Positions 29,431 through 42,071 of a stretch of 64,000 bases of DNA are shown here, piece after piece. The DNA is from Squalus acanthias. Its lineage: Eukaryota. Each line of letters opens with the position of its first letter. Within the stretch, counting starts at the first letter, position 1. Under the pieces are notes generated by a model. The model made no database searches. It had not been told where the DNA came from and was given only the letters and a program-made list of their open reading frames with translations. The translations under genes and the position numbers were made by a program. Location: positions 1,178,001 through 1,242,000 of the forward strand of contig CM059432.1 of NCBI GenBank assembly GCA_030390025.1, written 5' to 3'.

Positions 29431-29446
29431 ATTGATATACAATAAT

Positions 29447-30645
29447 GGGCCGGATTTTCCGATCGGAGGCTTCCTACGGGCAGATGCCGCCGATCGGAAA
29501 AAATCTACGCACTTACCTGCTGGCTCCGTAGGTCCCGAGACTTGCGATCCTGGGCCTCTTCACTTCGAAATGCGCAGAGGCCCAGGTATCCCAGGGGCGC
29601 ATGCAGTTCGCAAGCGTCCCTGGGATCATGTGGGCCATGGGGAACCAATCAAAGAACTGAATCCCCCTTCACACTTTTGACAGGTCTCTATGCGTAGATC
29701 TGTCAAAAGTATGAATGGGGATCTGTGGAAGTGCAGTTTTTTGTCTCGGACAAAATGGCTTCCTTGAATTTAAACTGATACAAAATAGCCGACTCTGACT
29801 TGTTTGGAAAGCAAAAAAAAAAACATTGTTATGTTTTTCATGAAAATAAATTTAAAGTTTTAGACTATGCTGTCAGCAAAGTCTGCTAGCACAAAAGAAA
29901 ACAACAGGCTTAAATTGAGATAACCAAGGGCTAGTGAAGTAAACAACCAGGGCCTTGGCCTTGGTCAGAAAAGAACAAATATAATAGACTCCATTTTATA
30001 GGGATTAGTTAGTTTCACCGTAAGGCATTTCTTATGTGTTTTTTTAACTTTTAACTTAGCTTACCTTAAACAACATGTCATGTGATATTATCAGTGAATA
30101 AGAATACTCCATTTTCTGTGATTCGGCAGTCTGTCATCATAGCTAATTGGGCTATGCTTGCAGTCTCCTTGCAAGTAAAATATAATAAAAAGCCTTCTTT
30201 GACGATATTATTGTTTAAAGAGTCTTACTCGGAAGTTGAAACTTCGACAGATCACTTAAAAAAAAAAGTTAAACATTAAATTTTTTTTAACTCACGTAGT
30301 TAAAATTACATTAAATTAAATATTTTAAACAAAAATTTAATTTTTTGAAAAAAATAAAGTTTTTTACGGGGCTAAAAATAAACGTACCTTTTTTAAAAGT
30401 ATTAAATTATAAATGAGTGGGGGGAAAAAAATATCTTTTTATTTTTTTTAAACGCTTATGCTGGTAAAAGCAGGCCTTACGCCTGCTTTTACCAGGCGTA
30501 AGATTTTTGAAGATTTTCAGAGGGCGGAAGTTTTGTAGAAAGCGGAACTCTCTGCCCGCGGATGCCCTTCTCCTGGGCAGGCGGATCATCTGTCAAGAGA
30601 ATTCTTGACCGATCGGAAGTGCTGGGTTTTAGCGTATGCACCCGT
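29447..30645. mobile_element. Harbinger-like MITE (same family as 54299-55065), right end missing, interrupted at 29723-30250
   Basis: Starts gggccggattttccgatcggaggcttc; 29447-29722 and about 30255-30645 are colinear with 54299-54990. Confidence 0.78.
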
Positions 30646-30793
30646 GGGGGTCGGAATATTACAGTTATTGTAGTTATTTCTGCAGCAAATAAGATGGCAC
30701 CACTGGGTAGGCTTGCCATTGGTTACAGTCTCCGCATGACAATTTGAAGCCATTTTTGTGCTTAAAAAAAATGTAAATCTAAATACTGCAAAG

Positions 30794-30957
30794 CAATGTT
30801 CCTGCTAATTTTTTATTTGGGTGCGTGGTCCCTTTAGCAGGCTGCGCGGCCCGTTCAAATTTCCAAGCGTGCACGGTTTTTCCATTTAAAAGCTGCTGAG
30901 CGGCCTGCGCGGGACCTCTAGACCACTGTGCGACCACGCAGCTTATCGGGAACGTTG
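30794..30957. mobile_element. hAT-like MITE (164 bp)
   Basis: TIRs caatgttcc / ggaacgttg; 8-bp flanks ctgcaaag / tcgcaaag (6/8); a related half-copy lies at about 50463-50556 in opposite orientation. Confidence 0.7.
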
Positions 30958-31442
30958 TCGCAAAGTGAAAATTCAGTGTTTAAAACCGATAATTTGAATT
31001 AAGTGACTGAATTAAAAGTATACTGTAAATTCAGGTATATTACCAAGATTAAATTTTTGAGGGAACATGAAAACTGCATTCATGCCAGCAAAACAAATGA
31101 TAAATTCCCTAAAATAAAGTCACAGCCATAGTTAGGCTCTCACTTTTCAAAAAAAATAAATACTCTATTTAAAATTTATTCCTTTTAACCTTGTTGGCTT
31201 TTTATGGATCACAACGAATATGAAAATGATTTTTAGTCATACACACAGCTGTTGTGTGTGCAGAAGTACAGATGCCTGAAATTATTCTAGCGTCTATTTA
31301 AATAGAGAAATAATTGTTTATACAATGTGTTCTTTGTTCATAGATACACATCAGGGTTTCCCCCACCCCTGTACAATGACAATAGCTATTTTTATGTACA
31401 TAAAAGAAAACTATGTGTTGTACCGATACTTGTATAGATCTG

Positions 31443-31925
31443 CAAAATACTGCTGATGCTGGAAACCGGGTTAACGTTTTAGGTCGATAACCTTTCATCA
31501 GTTCTGCTGAGTATTTTCTGTTTTTCTTTCCATAGCCCAGGATTGCCAAGGTTAATGATAGATGGGTCGGTAACCAGAGGTCATACATTTAAAATAATTG
31601 GCAAAAGAACTGGAGGGGGAAATGAGGAGAAATTTCTTCACACAGAGGGTTGTTAAGATCTGGAACGCACTACCTGAAAGGGTGGTGGAAGCAGATTCCA
31701 TAGGAACTTTCAAAAGGCAAATGGACATGTACTTGAAGAGAACTAATTTGCAGGGTTATGGGGTAAAGGTTGGGGTGTGGGACTAAATTGGACAGCTTTC
31801 GAAGAGGTGAATTCTATGATTCTTCCAGTTCTGGCGAAAGGTCATCGACCTGAAACGTTAACTTTGTTTCTCTCTCCACAGATGCTGCCTGACCTGCTGA
31901 GAGTTTCCAGCATTTTCTGTTTTTT
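31443..31925. mobile_element. Inverted pair of Penelope-like pseudo-LTR fragments (each with a degenerate hammerhead) around a CR1 3' fragment (about 31545-31822)
   Basis: Minus-strand CTGATGA-A-AGGTT-atc-GACCT-AAAA-CGTT at ~31470-31503; plus-strand agtt-CTGGCGA-A-AGGTC-atc-GACCT-GAAA-CG-TT-aact at 31827-31863; TSD tacttgt(a/g)tagatctg at 31427-31442 and 31926-31941. Confidence 0.72.
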
Positions 31926-31991
31926 TACTTGTGTAGATCTGTTGCCTTTGCAAATATGGAGAAACAAGATTAACTTTTTTTCTTGACGTGA

Positions 31992-32754
<763 letters not shown>

Positions 32755-33111
32755 TTCATCTCACCCTATCATCATATCCTTCTATTGCTTTCTGCCTCAT
32801 GTACTTAGCTAGCTTCCCCTGAAATGCATCTATGCTAATCACCTCAACCACTCCATGTGGTAGCGCGTTCTATATTCTCACCACTCTGAGCCTCTCCACA
32901 TGACTGAAGTCCCTCATCCCTGGTGCCATTCTAGTAAATCTTTCCTGAATAAGAGCCAAGTTTTTGCACTATCCAAAGTCTGTTATACAAAAGTGCTTGG
33001 GTATCATGACTTGTAGTTGGTGAATCATTCTTCCCATTGTTGCAAGTGAACTGAGATTTTTCACGATAAAATTAACTCGGCAGTGCAAAGTTACCAGTAC
33101 AGCAGGTTATT

Positions 33112-33977
33112 GGCCCAGAAATTGATCTCGCTCTGTTCCCGCGGTGCGTACTCTCGCGTCCCGGGATCAATTTTCGGCCCATTGTTTTTTCACGGAGAAA
33201 AAGTAAAAGTACTTTTTATACAGTTTGAGACTGCAGTTCATATAGATAATGTGTTGGGAAAATCTATATGGAGGCTGACTAAATGGATCGCCTCGCTTAT
33301 GCTTTTTCAGATCCAGCTCGCACGAACTTGATGTTCCAGACATCAGCTGTGCTGGGCTTGCGTATCCCAGCGGCGTAGTGAATTCGTGCGAGCTGTGGGA
33401 TCACGTGACTCAGTTAGAGCCAATGGCAGCACACCATCTTCCATTCATAAGTCTCACAGCATGGCTGTGAAATCTATGAATCTTACACCCCCCCAAAATA
33501 ACAGCTAAACCTCAATTAAATTAAAAAAAAAAAACCATCACATTCATAAAATAAGTATAGTTAATTAAATTAACCATTTTAAATAAAAAATTAAATTTTT
33601 GAAAAAATTTAAAATCTTTTAAAAAGTTATAAAAATAAACTTACCTGTCTTTAAAGTCTATAAAAAAGATATACCTGTAAAAAAAAAATTCAAAAAAATA
33701 CTTAATTCACTACTTACCTTCTTAAAAGCGGGTCTTACTCCTCCTTTTTACATTTCCAAAATCTTCCCTACTTACCTGCGCGTCCAAAGCATGAAGTGCA
33801 CAGCGTGCGCGCAGCCTGTAGCGCGCACGCGATGCACCCAGGCCCCGCCCCCTTTTCAGAAGAGCAATTGCCGGTTTTCAGCGCATGCGCAGGGCATGCA
33901 GAAAACCGGCAATTGGAGTGGGAATACGCGAGAGTACGCAGTGCGTACTCTCGCGTCCCGGGATCAATTTTCGGCCC
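33112..33977. mobile_element. Harbinger-like MITE containing a duplicated copy of its own right end plus flank
   Basis: TIRs ggcccagaaattgatc / gatcaattttcggccc, ATT TSD; 33144-33291 identical to 33941-34088. Confidence 0.78.
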
Positions 33978-35969
33978 ATTGTTTTTTCACGGAGAAAAAG
34001 TAAAAGTACTTTTTATACAGTTTGAGACTGCAGTTCATATAGATAATGTGTTGGGAAAATCTATATGGAGGCTGACTAAATGGATCGCTGCTCCTTTGCT
34101 AAATCCCCATTGACTCATAACTGGATTGTTTCTTTCCCACTACCAAAAAGGGGACAATAAAAATCTAGTTGTCATTGGAATTATGACTACTCTTTAGAGC
34201 TTTCCGCAGAGTGGTTGAGGTGATTAGCATAGAAGCATTTCAGGGGAAGCTAGATAAGTACATGAGGGAGAAAGGATAAGAAGGATATGCTATGCTGATG
34301 GGGTGAGATGAAGTGTGTGTGTGTGTTGATTCTGATCAGTGCTACAGAGGTCAGCCTTGTCAAATTGAGATTGAGTGAACCATGTTTGCAAGTGGGGCAG
34401 ATAGATGTGTGCAAAGACAACAGGGAATGTTAACATCGCTGGTGTTGGACTCAGTAGGTGAGACAAATAAGACCAGAAGATGGGGGGCCTTTGTCACCTA
34501 TCCAATAAATAGTTAGAGAATAAGTTTTCAGAAAAGCTCATTGGCAGGCTTTGAGAAAAATGTTGAAGTATTTCTGGAGAGAGAATGGATTGAGTGGTTT
34601 GGTGAGAAAACAAGGTGAGAAATCTGTTCCTAAAAGTTCTTATTGAATAACAAAGTATCTTGAAATTAATACTTTTTCATGATGCATAGGGTATGTTTTG
34701 AGTCAGTATGTAGTAATTGTGTTTTTATATGTAAGTGTGCAATGAAACGCCTACTATTTACTCCTGTATGCCACAGTAATATTTTATAAAGGAATGCTCT
34801 GCGAATGGTTTCACTTCACAGAATTTGTTTGGAGATTTGCTGTTTGTGTTTGGAATACGTTAATTTACAGGATGATAGCCCTCTGTTTAAAACGATGTTT
34901 CAGTTGTCTTATCCTGATTCCTTTACAAAGAAACTCATTTATGCTTGTTACCAATTCGAGCCTTGCACTAGACATTCTTTTGGTGCTGGTTGCTCCCATA
35001 AGTAGTCTGAGCATCTTTGTACAGACTGATATTTAACTAACAATAGGGTATCCCCTGTGATCTGAACTGCATACTTCCACATGTGCCTCTCCAGTCTTTT
35101 CGCGAGTGGACTGAGACACTTGGTGAGACAAGACTGAATACAAATTGTGAAGCTGCTTGTGAACATACAAAGCCACAGTTATGATTGGATTCACTTTGTT
35201 CAATCAGCACAACCTGTCTTTGCATAATAATACAAACTAATGAATAGGCTTCCCAACGTCCCTGGATCTACTTGCTTGAGTTTAAACAAAATTTATAATT
35301 ATCCTCCTGCATTCTAACCTTTTGAGCCTGGCAAAATTTTGATCTTGCAACTTCCTCTTCAGAAACCCAGCTCTCTGCGAATTTTTCTGTATGTTTCTTT
35401 ATCCGAAGTGTGTCAGCCAATGAGTTGGAGGTGGGGCGGGACTTGCGGCAGGACTCACAGCAAACCATCTATTGACTCAACAAACAGAGTCGGTTTATAA
35501 AGAGTCTCTACGAACTACAGCAAACAGAACTCATGACCGAAACTGCAGCAAAGTCTCTCGATTAAGCAGGATTATTTCTGCAACGCAATGCAGTGAGTGA
35601 AGGATAGTTGCATAATACAAATGATGTGCGTAAAATCAATCCCAGTCACTTACAGCAGTGCAGTCTGCAGGCGTGATTGGGTAATTCCCCCACATCAATC
35701 ATCTCCATTTTGGCAGGGACTAGTGGTGGCACTATAGGAAGCCCTCCTTATCTCCGTGTTCACAAGGGGACAGCCTGTGCCAAACTCCCCCCTGCTGAGT
35801 GCCCAGCACCAACAATGCCCCAACACGATGGGTATGAGGCGCTTATTGATTACTGAGTGATTACTCAATGATTATTGATTGATTGACTACTGCGTTTCTC
35901 TTTGTGGAAACTACTTCAACGCCTAAAACATTAGTGTTTAGCCACCTCTCATCTTGGTGCTTTATGTGA

Positions 35970-36543
35970 ATAGAACATCAGAATTAGGAGCAGGAGTCGG
36001 CCACACGGCCCCTCGAGCCTGCTCCGCCATTCGGCCCCTCGAGCCTGCTCCGCCATTCGGCCCCTCGAGCCTGCTCTGCCATTCGCCCCCTCGAGCCTGC
36101 TCCGCCATTCGGCCCCTCGAGCCTGCTCTGCCATTCGGCCCCTCGAGCCTGCTCCGCCATTCAATAAGATCACGGCTGATCTTCGACCTCATCTCCACTT
36201 TCCCGCCCGATCCCCATATCCCTTGATTCCCTTAGCGTCCAAAAATCTATTGATCCCAGCCTTGAATATACTCAACGACTGAGCATCCACAGCCCTCTGG
36301 GGCAGAGAATTCCAAAGATTCACAACCCTCTGAGTGAAGAAATTCCTCCTCATCTCAGTCCTAAATGGCTGACCCCTTATTCTGAGACTGTGACCCCTGG
36401 TTCTAGACTCTCCAGCCAGGGGAAACAACCTCTCAGCATCTACCCTGTCAATCCCCCCCAGCATCTTGTATGTTTCAGTGAGATCTCCTCTCATTCTTCT
36501 AAACTCCAGAGAGTATAGGCCCAACCTACACAATCTCTCATCA
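35970..36543 (-). mobile_element. CR1 3' fragment with tandem expansion in its 3' UTR
   Basis: RLGLYSLEFRRMRGDLTETYKML...NFFTQRVVNLWNSLP. Confidence 0.92.
36006..36161. repeat. 6 x 26-bp tandem repeat (cggcccctcgagcctgctccgccatt)
   Basis: Units start at 36006, 36032, 36058, 36084, 36110, 36136. Confidence 0.95.
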
Positions 36544-36910
36544 TTTAAATGCAGCTCTCAGCCAAGTTCTTTCTGTGGGAAGAATGGCGCACGTGAGCGT
36601 GCTAAACTCCCAGTGCTCACCCTTGTAGAAGTAATAATGCAATGAAGCTATAAGGAAGAAAATGTTTCATCTTTAACGGCATTGGCCTGATACTGTGTGT
36701 TCATTTGTAATTTTGCATTAATGCAATCTTTAAGATTAAATCTCTTACTTTAGTACTGTATGTACACTTTTTTAAAGACAGCTGCTGTAGTTTTTAAAAA
36801 TTGTACTTTTCCATGAAGTATGTATCTTCCTATTTTTCCTATAAAGATTGGTAATTCTAAGTCTGAATGTAACGTGGACAGTGAATCAGGTTCTGTAGTA
36901 GACTATCTAA

Positions 36911-37096
<186 letters not shown>

Positions 37097-37210
37097 TGAG
37101 TGGGTTTATATTGGGCATCAGCATACAGTAAAGTAAAACACAACATGAAACTTGGATGAAAGATATTTACAATTCTGTATTGTAATAATGTACTGTTGAA
37201 CTAGAACTAT

Positions 37211-37666
37211 GGGAACAGTGGCATAGTTATGTTATTGGACCAGTAATCTAGGGGCCTGGACGAATGATCCAGAGATATGAGTTCAAATCCCCCCATAGCA
37301 GCTGGGGGAATTTAAATTTAGTTAATTAAATAAATCTGGAATTAAAAAACTAGTATCAGTAATAGTGACCATGAAACTACCGGATTGTCCTAAAAACCCA
37401 TCTGGTTCACTAATGTCCTTTTAGGGAAGGAAATCTGCCGCCCTTACCCGGTCTGGCCGATATGTGACTCCAGACCCACAGCCATGTGGTTGACTCTCAA
37501 CTGCCCTCTGAAATGGCCTAGTGAGCCACTCAGTTGTATCAGACCGCTAGGAATTGCAGCGGTTCAAGAAGGGGGCTCACCACCACCTTCTCGAGGGCAA
37601 TTAGGGATGGGCAATAAATGCTGGCCTTGCCAGCGACGCCCACATCCCATGAATGAATAAAAAAAA
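37211..37666 (+). mobile_element. tRNA-derived SINE whose 3' tail matches the A-tailed LINE family at 10388-11109
   Basis: A-box-like agtggcatagt, B-box gagttcaaatcc; tail gcagcggttcaagaag...cacatcccatgaatgaataaaaaaa shared with the LINE 3' end. Confidence 0.75.
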
Positions 37667-37962
37667 CTAAAGTGCACAAATGTTTGTCATTGTCAGATTT
37701 ACAGTTAGCTCAATTACTGCTTTCCAGTTTGCCTGTTTACATACATTCCTCCAGCACTGATTGGTTTGTAAGGAAAAATGCATTGAAAACCATGAACTTC
37801 ACAAATCTACGATAACATTATACTGTTAGGCAGTTATTACTTATCGTAGTATTGGTCGTCTCAGCATTTAATCCTACTCCCTTCCCTTCCCCTTTTGGGT
37901 GCATGGCGTTGCCAATATACCGTAACACAGTTTTCACTTTGTAACTTGTTTTCTTCCTGCAG

Positions 37963-38067
37963 TTCTTCCAGTTAGCTATAAAAGACGAGCTGAGTCGTCA
38001 GAACAATGCGTACATACAGCCGTATGCTTGTTATGAGCTGGGATGCCTGTTGTTGGAGACTCCAGAG
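37963..38067 (+). CDS. TTC39C: TTC39C coding exon
   Basis: gcag acceptor, gtatgg donor; FFQLAIKDELSRQNNAYIQPYACYELGCLLLETPE; 105 nt, phase 0-0. Confidence 0.95.
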
Positions 38068-38334
38068 GTATGGGGAGCTGCTTTTGTATATCCAATATTA
38101 GAGTCAAAACTGCAATTTACTAACCGAGCTAGATGTAACCGCTCGTCCATTTTGCTGATTTACTTTTTTAAAGAATTATAGCATATAGTAACCATTTTTG
38201 CATTCAGTTGTATGTTTATGCATCTGGAAGTACTGCTCACACTGTTATGCAATGTTTTGAGAGCCGCATTAATTTTCTGGGCTCGAATGAGAGAGATAAC
38301 GCTTTATTTTGCATTATTCCAGGATTCCTATAAG

Positions 38335-38720
38335 GCCACTTGGCCCCTCTAGCCTGCTCCGCCATTCAATAAGATCATGGCTGATCTTGGGCTCAAAGCC
38401 ACTTCCCCGCCTGCTTCCCTTAACCCTTCACTCCCTTATCTTGCAAAAATCTGTCTATCTCCACCTTAAATATATTTAATGACCCAGCCTCCACAGCTCT
38501 CTGGGGCAGAGAATTCCACAGATTTACGACCCTTTGAGAGAAGAAATTCCTCCTCATCTCAGTTCTAAAAGGGCGACCCTTTATTCTAAAACGGTGCCCC
38601 CGCATTCTAGATTTCCCCACGAGGGGAAACATCCTCTCTGCATCTACCTTGTCGAGCCCCATCAGTATCTTATATGTTTCAATAAGATCACCTCTCATTC
38701 TTCTAAATTCCAATGAGTAT
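38335..38720 (-). mobile_element. CR1 3' fragment
   Basis: EFRRMRGDLIETYKILMGLDKVDAERMFP. Confidence 0.9.
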
Positions 38721-38867
38721 GTGAATTTATTTTCTCTGCATTTATCCCACTGATTTGGTTATTCCTATCCATGATCAAATTTTCCAGAAAACTTTTGTGA
38801 TGTAAAAGGAAAGATACATTTTGAAAGCTGAAATTGCGCCCCAAAGCAGGAGTTAGAATACAGATCA

Positions 38868-40242
38868 GCCATAGAAGCATAGAAGATAGGAGCAGGAGTA
38901 GGCCATTCGGCCCCTCGAGCCTGCTCCACCATTTAATGAGATCATGGCTGATCATCCAAATTCAGTACCCTGTCCCTGCTTTCTCCCCATATCCCTTGAT
39001 CCCTTTAGCCTTAAGAAATATATCTATCTCTTTCTTGAATATATTTAATGAATTGGCCTCAACTGCCTTCTATGTGGAGAATTCCACAGGTTCACCACTC
39101 TCTGGGTGAAGAAATTCCTCCTCATCTCAGTCCTAAATGGCTTACCCCTTATCCTTAGACTGTGACCTCTGGTTCTGGACTCCCCTGCCATCGGGAACAT
39201 CCTTCCTGCATCTAGTCTGTCTAGTCCTGTTAGAATTTTATAAGTTTCAATGAGATCCCCTCTCATTCTTCTAAACTCTAGCGAATATAAGCCTAATCGA
39301 CCCAATCTCTCTTCATACGTCATTCCTGCCATCCCAGGTATCAGTCTGGTAAATCTTCGCTGCACTCCCTCCATGGCAAGAACATCCTTCCTCAGATAAG
39401 GCGACCAAAACTGCACACAATACTCAAGTTGTGGTCTCACCAAGGCCTTGTACAACTGCAGCAAGACATCCTTGCTCCTGTACTCGAATCCTCTCGCTAT
39501 GAAGGCCAACATACCATTTGCCTTCTTAACCACCTGCATGCTTACCTTCAGCGACTGGTGCACAAGGACTCCCAGATCTCGTTGCACTTCCCCTTTTCCC
39601 AATCTATTGCTGTTCAGATAATCTGTCTTCCTGTTTTTGCCACCAAAGTGGATAACCTCGCATTTATCCACATTGGGCAGATGCATGGCAGATGCAGTAT
39701 AATCACCCAACCTGTCCAAATCATACTGGAGTTTCTCTGCATCCTCCTCACAGCACACACGCCCACCCAGCTTTGTGTCATCTGCAAACTTGGAGATATT
39801 ACATCTAGTTGCCTCGTCTAGATCATTAATATATATTGTGAATAACTGGGGTCCTAGGACCGATCCCTGCGGTACCCCACTAGTCACTGCCTGCCACTCG
39901 GAAAAAGACCCGTTTATTCCAACTCTTTGCTTCCTGTCTGCCAACCAGTTCTCTATCCAAATCTGTACCTTACCCCCAATCCCATGTGCTTTAACTTTGC
40001 ACGCTAATCTCTTATGCGGGACCTTATCGAAAGCCTTCTGAAAGTCCAAATACACCACATCCACTGGTTCTCCTGTATCTATTCTACCAGTTACATCCTC
40101 AAAAAATTCCAGTAGATTAGTCAGGCATGATTTACCTTTTGTAAATCCATGTTGACTTTGTCCGATCCTGTCACTGTTTTCCAAGTGCTCTGCTATTACA
40201 TCTTTTATAATGGACTCTAGCATTTTGCCCACTACTGATGTC
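38868..40242 (-). mobile_element. CR1 LINE, 1.4-kb 5'-truncated copy with largely open RT frame
   Basis: 399-aa [48 protein letters not shown]; inserted into a + strand CR1 tail (gatcagcca|...|catgatctcattgaa). Confidence 0.95.
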
Positions 40243-40704
40243 ATGATCTCATTGAACAGGCTCGAGGGGCCGAATGACCTACTACTGTTCCCATGTAACC
40301 CCTCCCTTTCTCCTACTCGAAATACATGGATTATTAAATGTAAATGATAGTCTTATCATAGAATCATAGAGGTTTACGGCATAGAAGGAGGCCATTCGGC
40401 CCATCATGTCTGCAGTGTTTTTTTTTCAAGGATAAAACATGAACATCGCAGAAAATACAATGAAAAGATTCCTAGAGGAGCAGTAGCCAACAAACAATGG
40501 CTTTTCGAGTCCGTCGATGTGGAGAGAAGTTTCTGCTCCTGTCGATTGTTCTGTGAACTCTTCATTCTACTCAAACCCGCTGATCATGTGCGCTATATTA
40601 TAAATGTGTTTTGGAATTGTAATTTTGTTGCACCCCCAGCAGTGCTGACATTATTTGGGCAAAGGACATTTTGGTAATGCATTTTTTGTTTTTTTTTATG
40701 GCAG

Positions 40705-40743
40705 ACTTTGGATAAAGGCAAAGCTTTGCTCTACCAAGCCAAG
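40705..40743 (+). CDS. TTC39C: TTC39C 39-nt penultimate coding exon
   Basis: Long T tract+gcag acceptor, gtaagt donor; TLDKGKALLYQAK (human TVGRGRALLLQAK as recalled); phase 0-0. Confidence 0.93.
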
Positions 40744-40922
40744 GTAAGTTGGAAAGCTGATGTCCAATAGGAACATTTGCTGTATAATTACGGTTATATT
40801 TTTACACCACCGACTTTGGTGAAATCCATGTTTGTAAATAAGCTAGTACCCGCCCTTGCAAAGTGTATTGCAAATGGACCAAATATCTGTCATGTTAAGC
40901 GCAGTTGATTCACTCAAATATA

Positions 40923-41340
40923 GATAGAATCATAGAAATTTACAGCACAGAAGGAGGCTATTTGGCCCATCGTGTCTGTGCCGGCCGAAAAAGAGCTATC
41001 CAGCCTAATCCCACTTTCCAGCTCCTGGTCCGTAGCCTTGGACAAGTACGTTTTAAATGCGATGAGGGTTTCTGCCTCTCCCACCCTTTCAGGCAGTGAG
41101 TTCCAGACCCCCACCACCCTCTGGGTGAAAAAAGTTCTCCTCAACTCCCCTCTAATTCTTCTACCGAATACTTTAAATCTATGCCCCCTGGTTATTGACC
41201 TCTCTGCTTAGGGAAATAGGTCCTTCCTAATCCACTCTATCTAGGCCCCTCATAATTTTTACACCTCAATTAAATCTCCCCTCAGCCTCCTCTGTTCCAA
41301 AGAAAACAAATCCAGCCTATCCAATCTTTCTTCATGGCTG
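40923..41340 (-). mobile_element. CR1 3' fragment
   Basis: RRTFFTQRVVGVWNSLPERV and CR1 tail. Confidence 0.88.
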
Positions 41341-41549
41341 GGTAGAAAAAGCTAACAATCACCCACTCGATTGCCCAAACTCATTTCACACGTGACCCTT
41401 ACAGCCAATAGAGAGGGGAGACTTTTCCCACCAGAGGGGAAAATGCCGGATCTAACCCATAGTGCCACCCAGTTCCCCGAAAATGAGTTCTTAATGATCA
41501 TTTCCAGGTTCAGGCTAGTTCCCAATGTACGAGTCCCTAATGCAATAAA

Positions 41550-42060
41550 GAAAGAAAAGAAAGACTTGCATTTATGTAGTGCCTCTCTGGCACAGACAGG
41601 ATGGGCCGAATGGCGTCCTTGTGTGCCATAAATTTCTATGATTCTTTCAGGACTACCGGACATCCCAAAGCGCTTTACAGCCAATGAAGTACTTTTTTGA
41701 AGTGTAGTCACTGTTGTAATGTAGGAAACCTGGCAGCCAATTTGCGCACAGCAAACTCCCACAAACAGCAATGTGATGATGACCAGATAATCTCTTTAGT
41801 AATGTTGATTGAGGGATAAATATTGAACTCCCCTGCTGTTCTTCGAAATAGTGCCATGTGATCTTTTACTCCACCTGAGAGGGCAGACGGGGCCTCGGTT
41901 TAACGTCTCATCTGAAAGACGGCACCTCTGACAGTGCAGCACTCCCTCAGCAGTGCACGCAAGTGTCAGCCTAGATTTTTGTGCTCAAGTCTCTGGAGTG
42001 AGACCACAACCTTCTGACTCAGAGGCGAGGGTGCTACCAACTGAGCCACAGCTGGCACCA
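41550..42060 (-). mobile_element. Near full-length DeuSINE (SacSINE1-like) with small CR1-tail insertion (about 41588-41645)
   Basis: rc tRNA-like head tggctcagttggtagc, Deu core with a single 33-bp unit, tail ataaatgcaagtctttctt. Confidence 0.8.
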
Positions 42061-42071
42061 TAGAATTGCAT

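Noticed and set aside
34330..35950. Possible ancient LINE ORF1/endonuclease remnant on the minus strand (MVCCESC...)
   Set aside because: Only one weak Cys motif; no ordered set of motifs could be confirmed by eye
39045..40244. 399-aa RT ORF as an active or domesticated gene
   Set aside because: 5'-truncated CR1 with no endonuclease or promoter, local deletions and scrambled residues, and a frameshifted C-terminus
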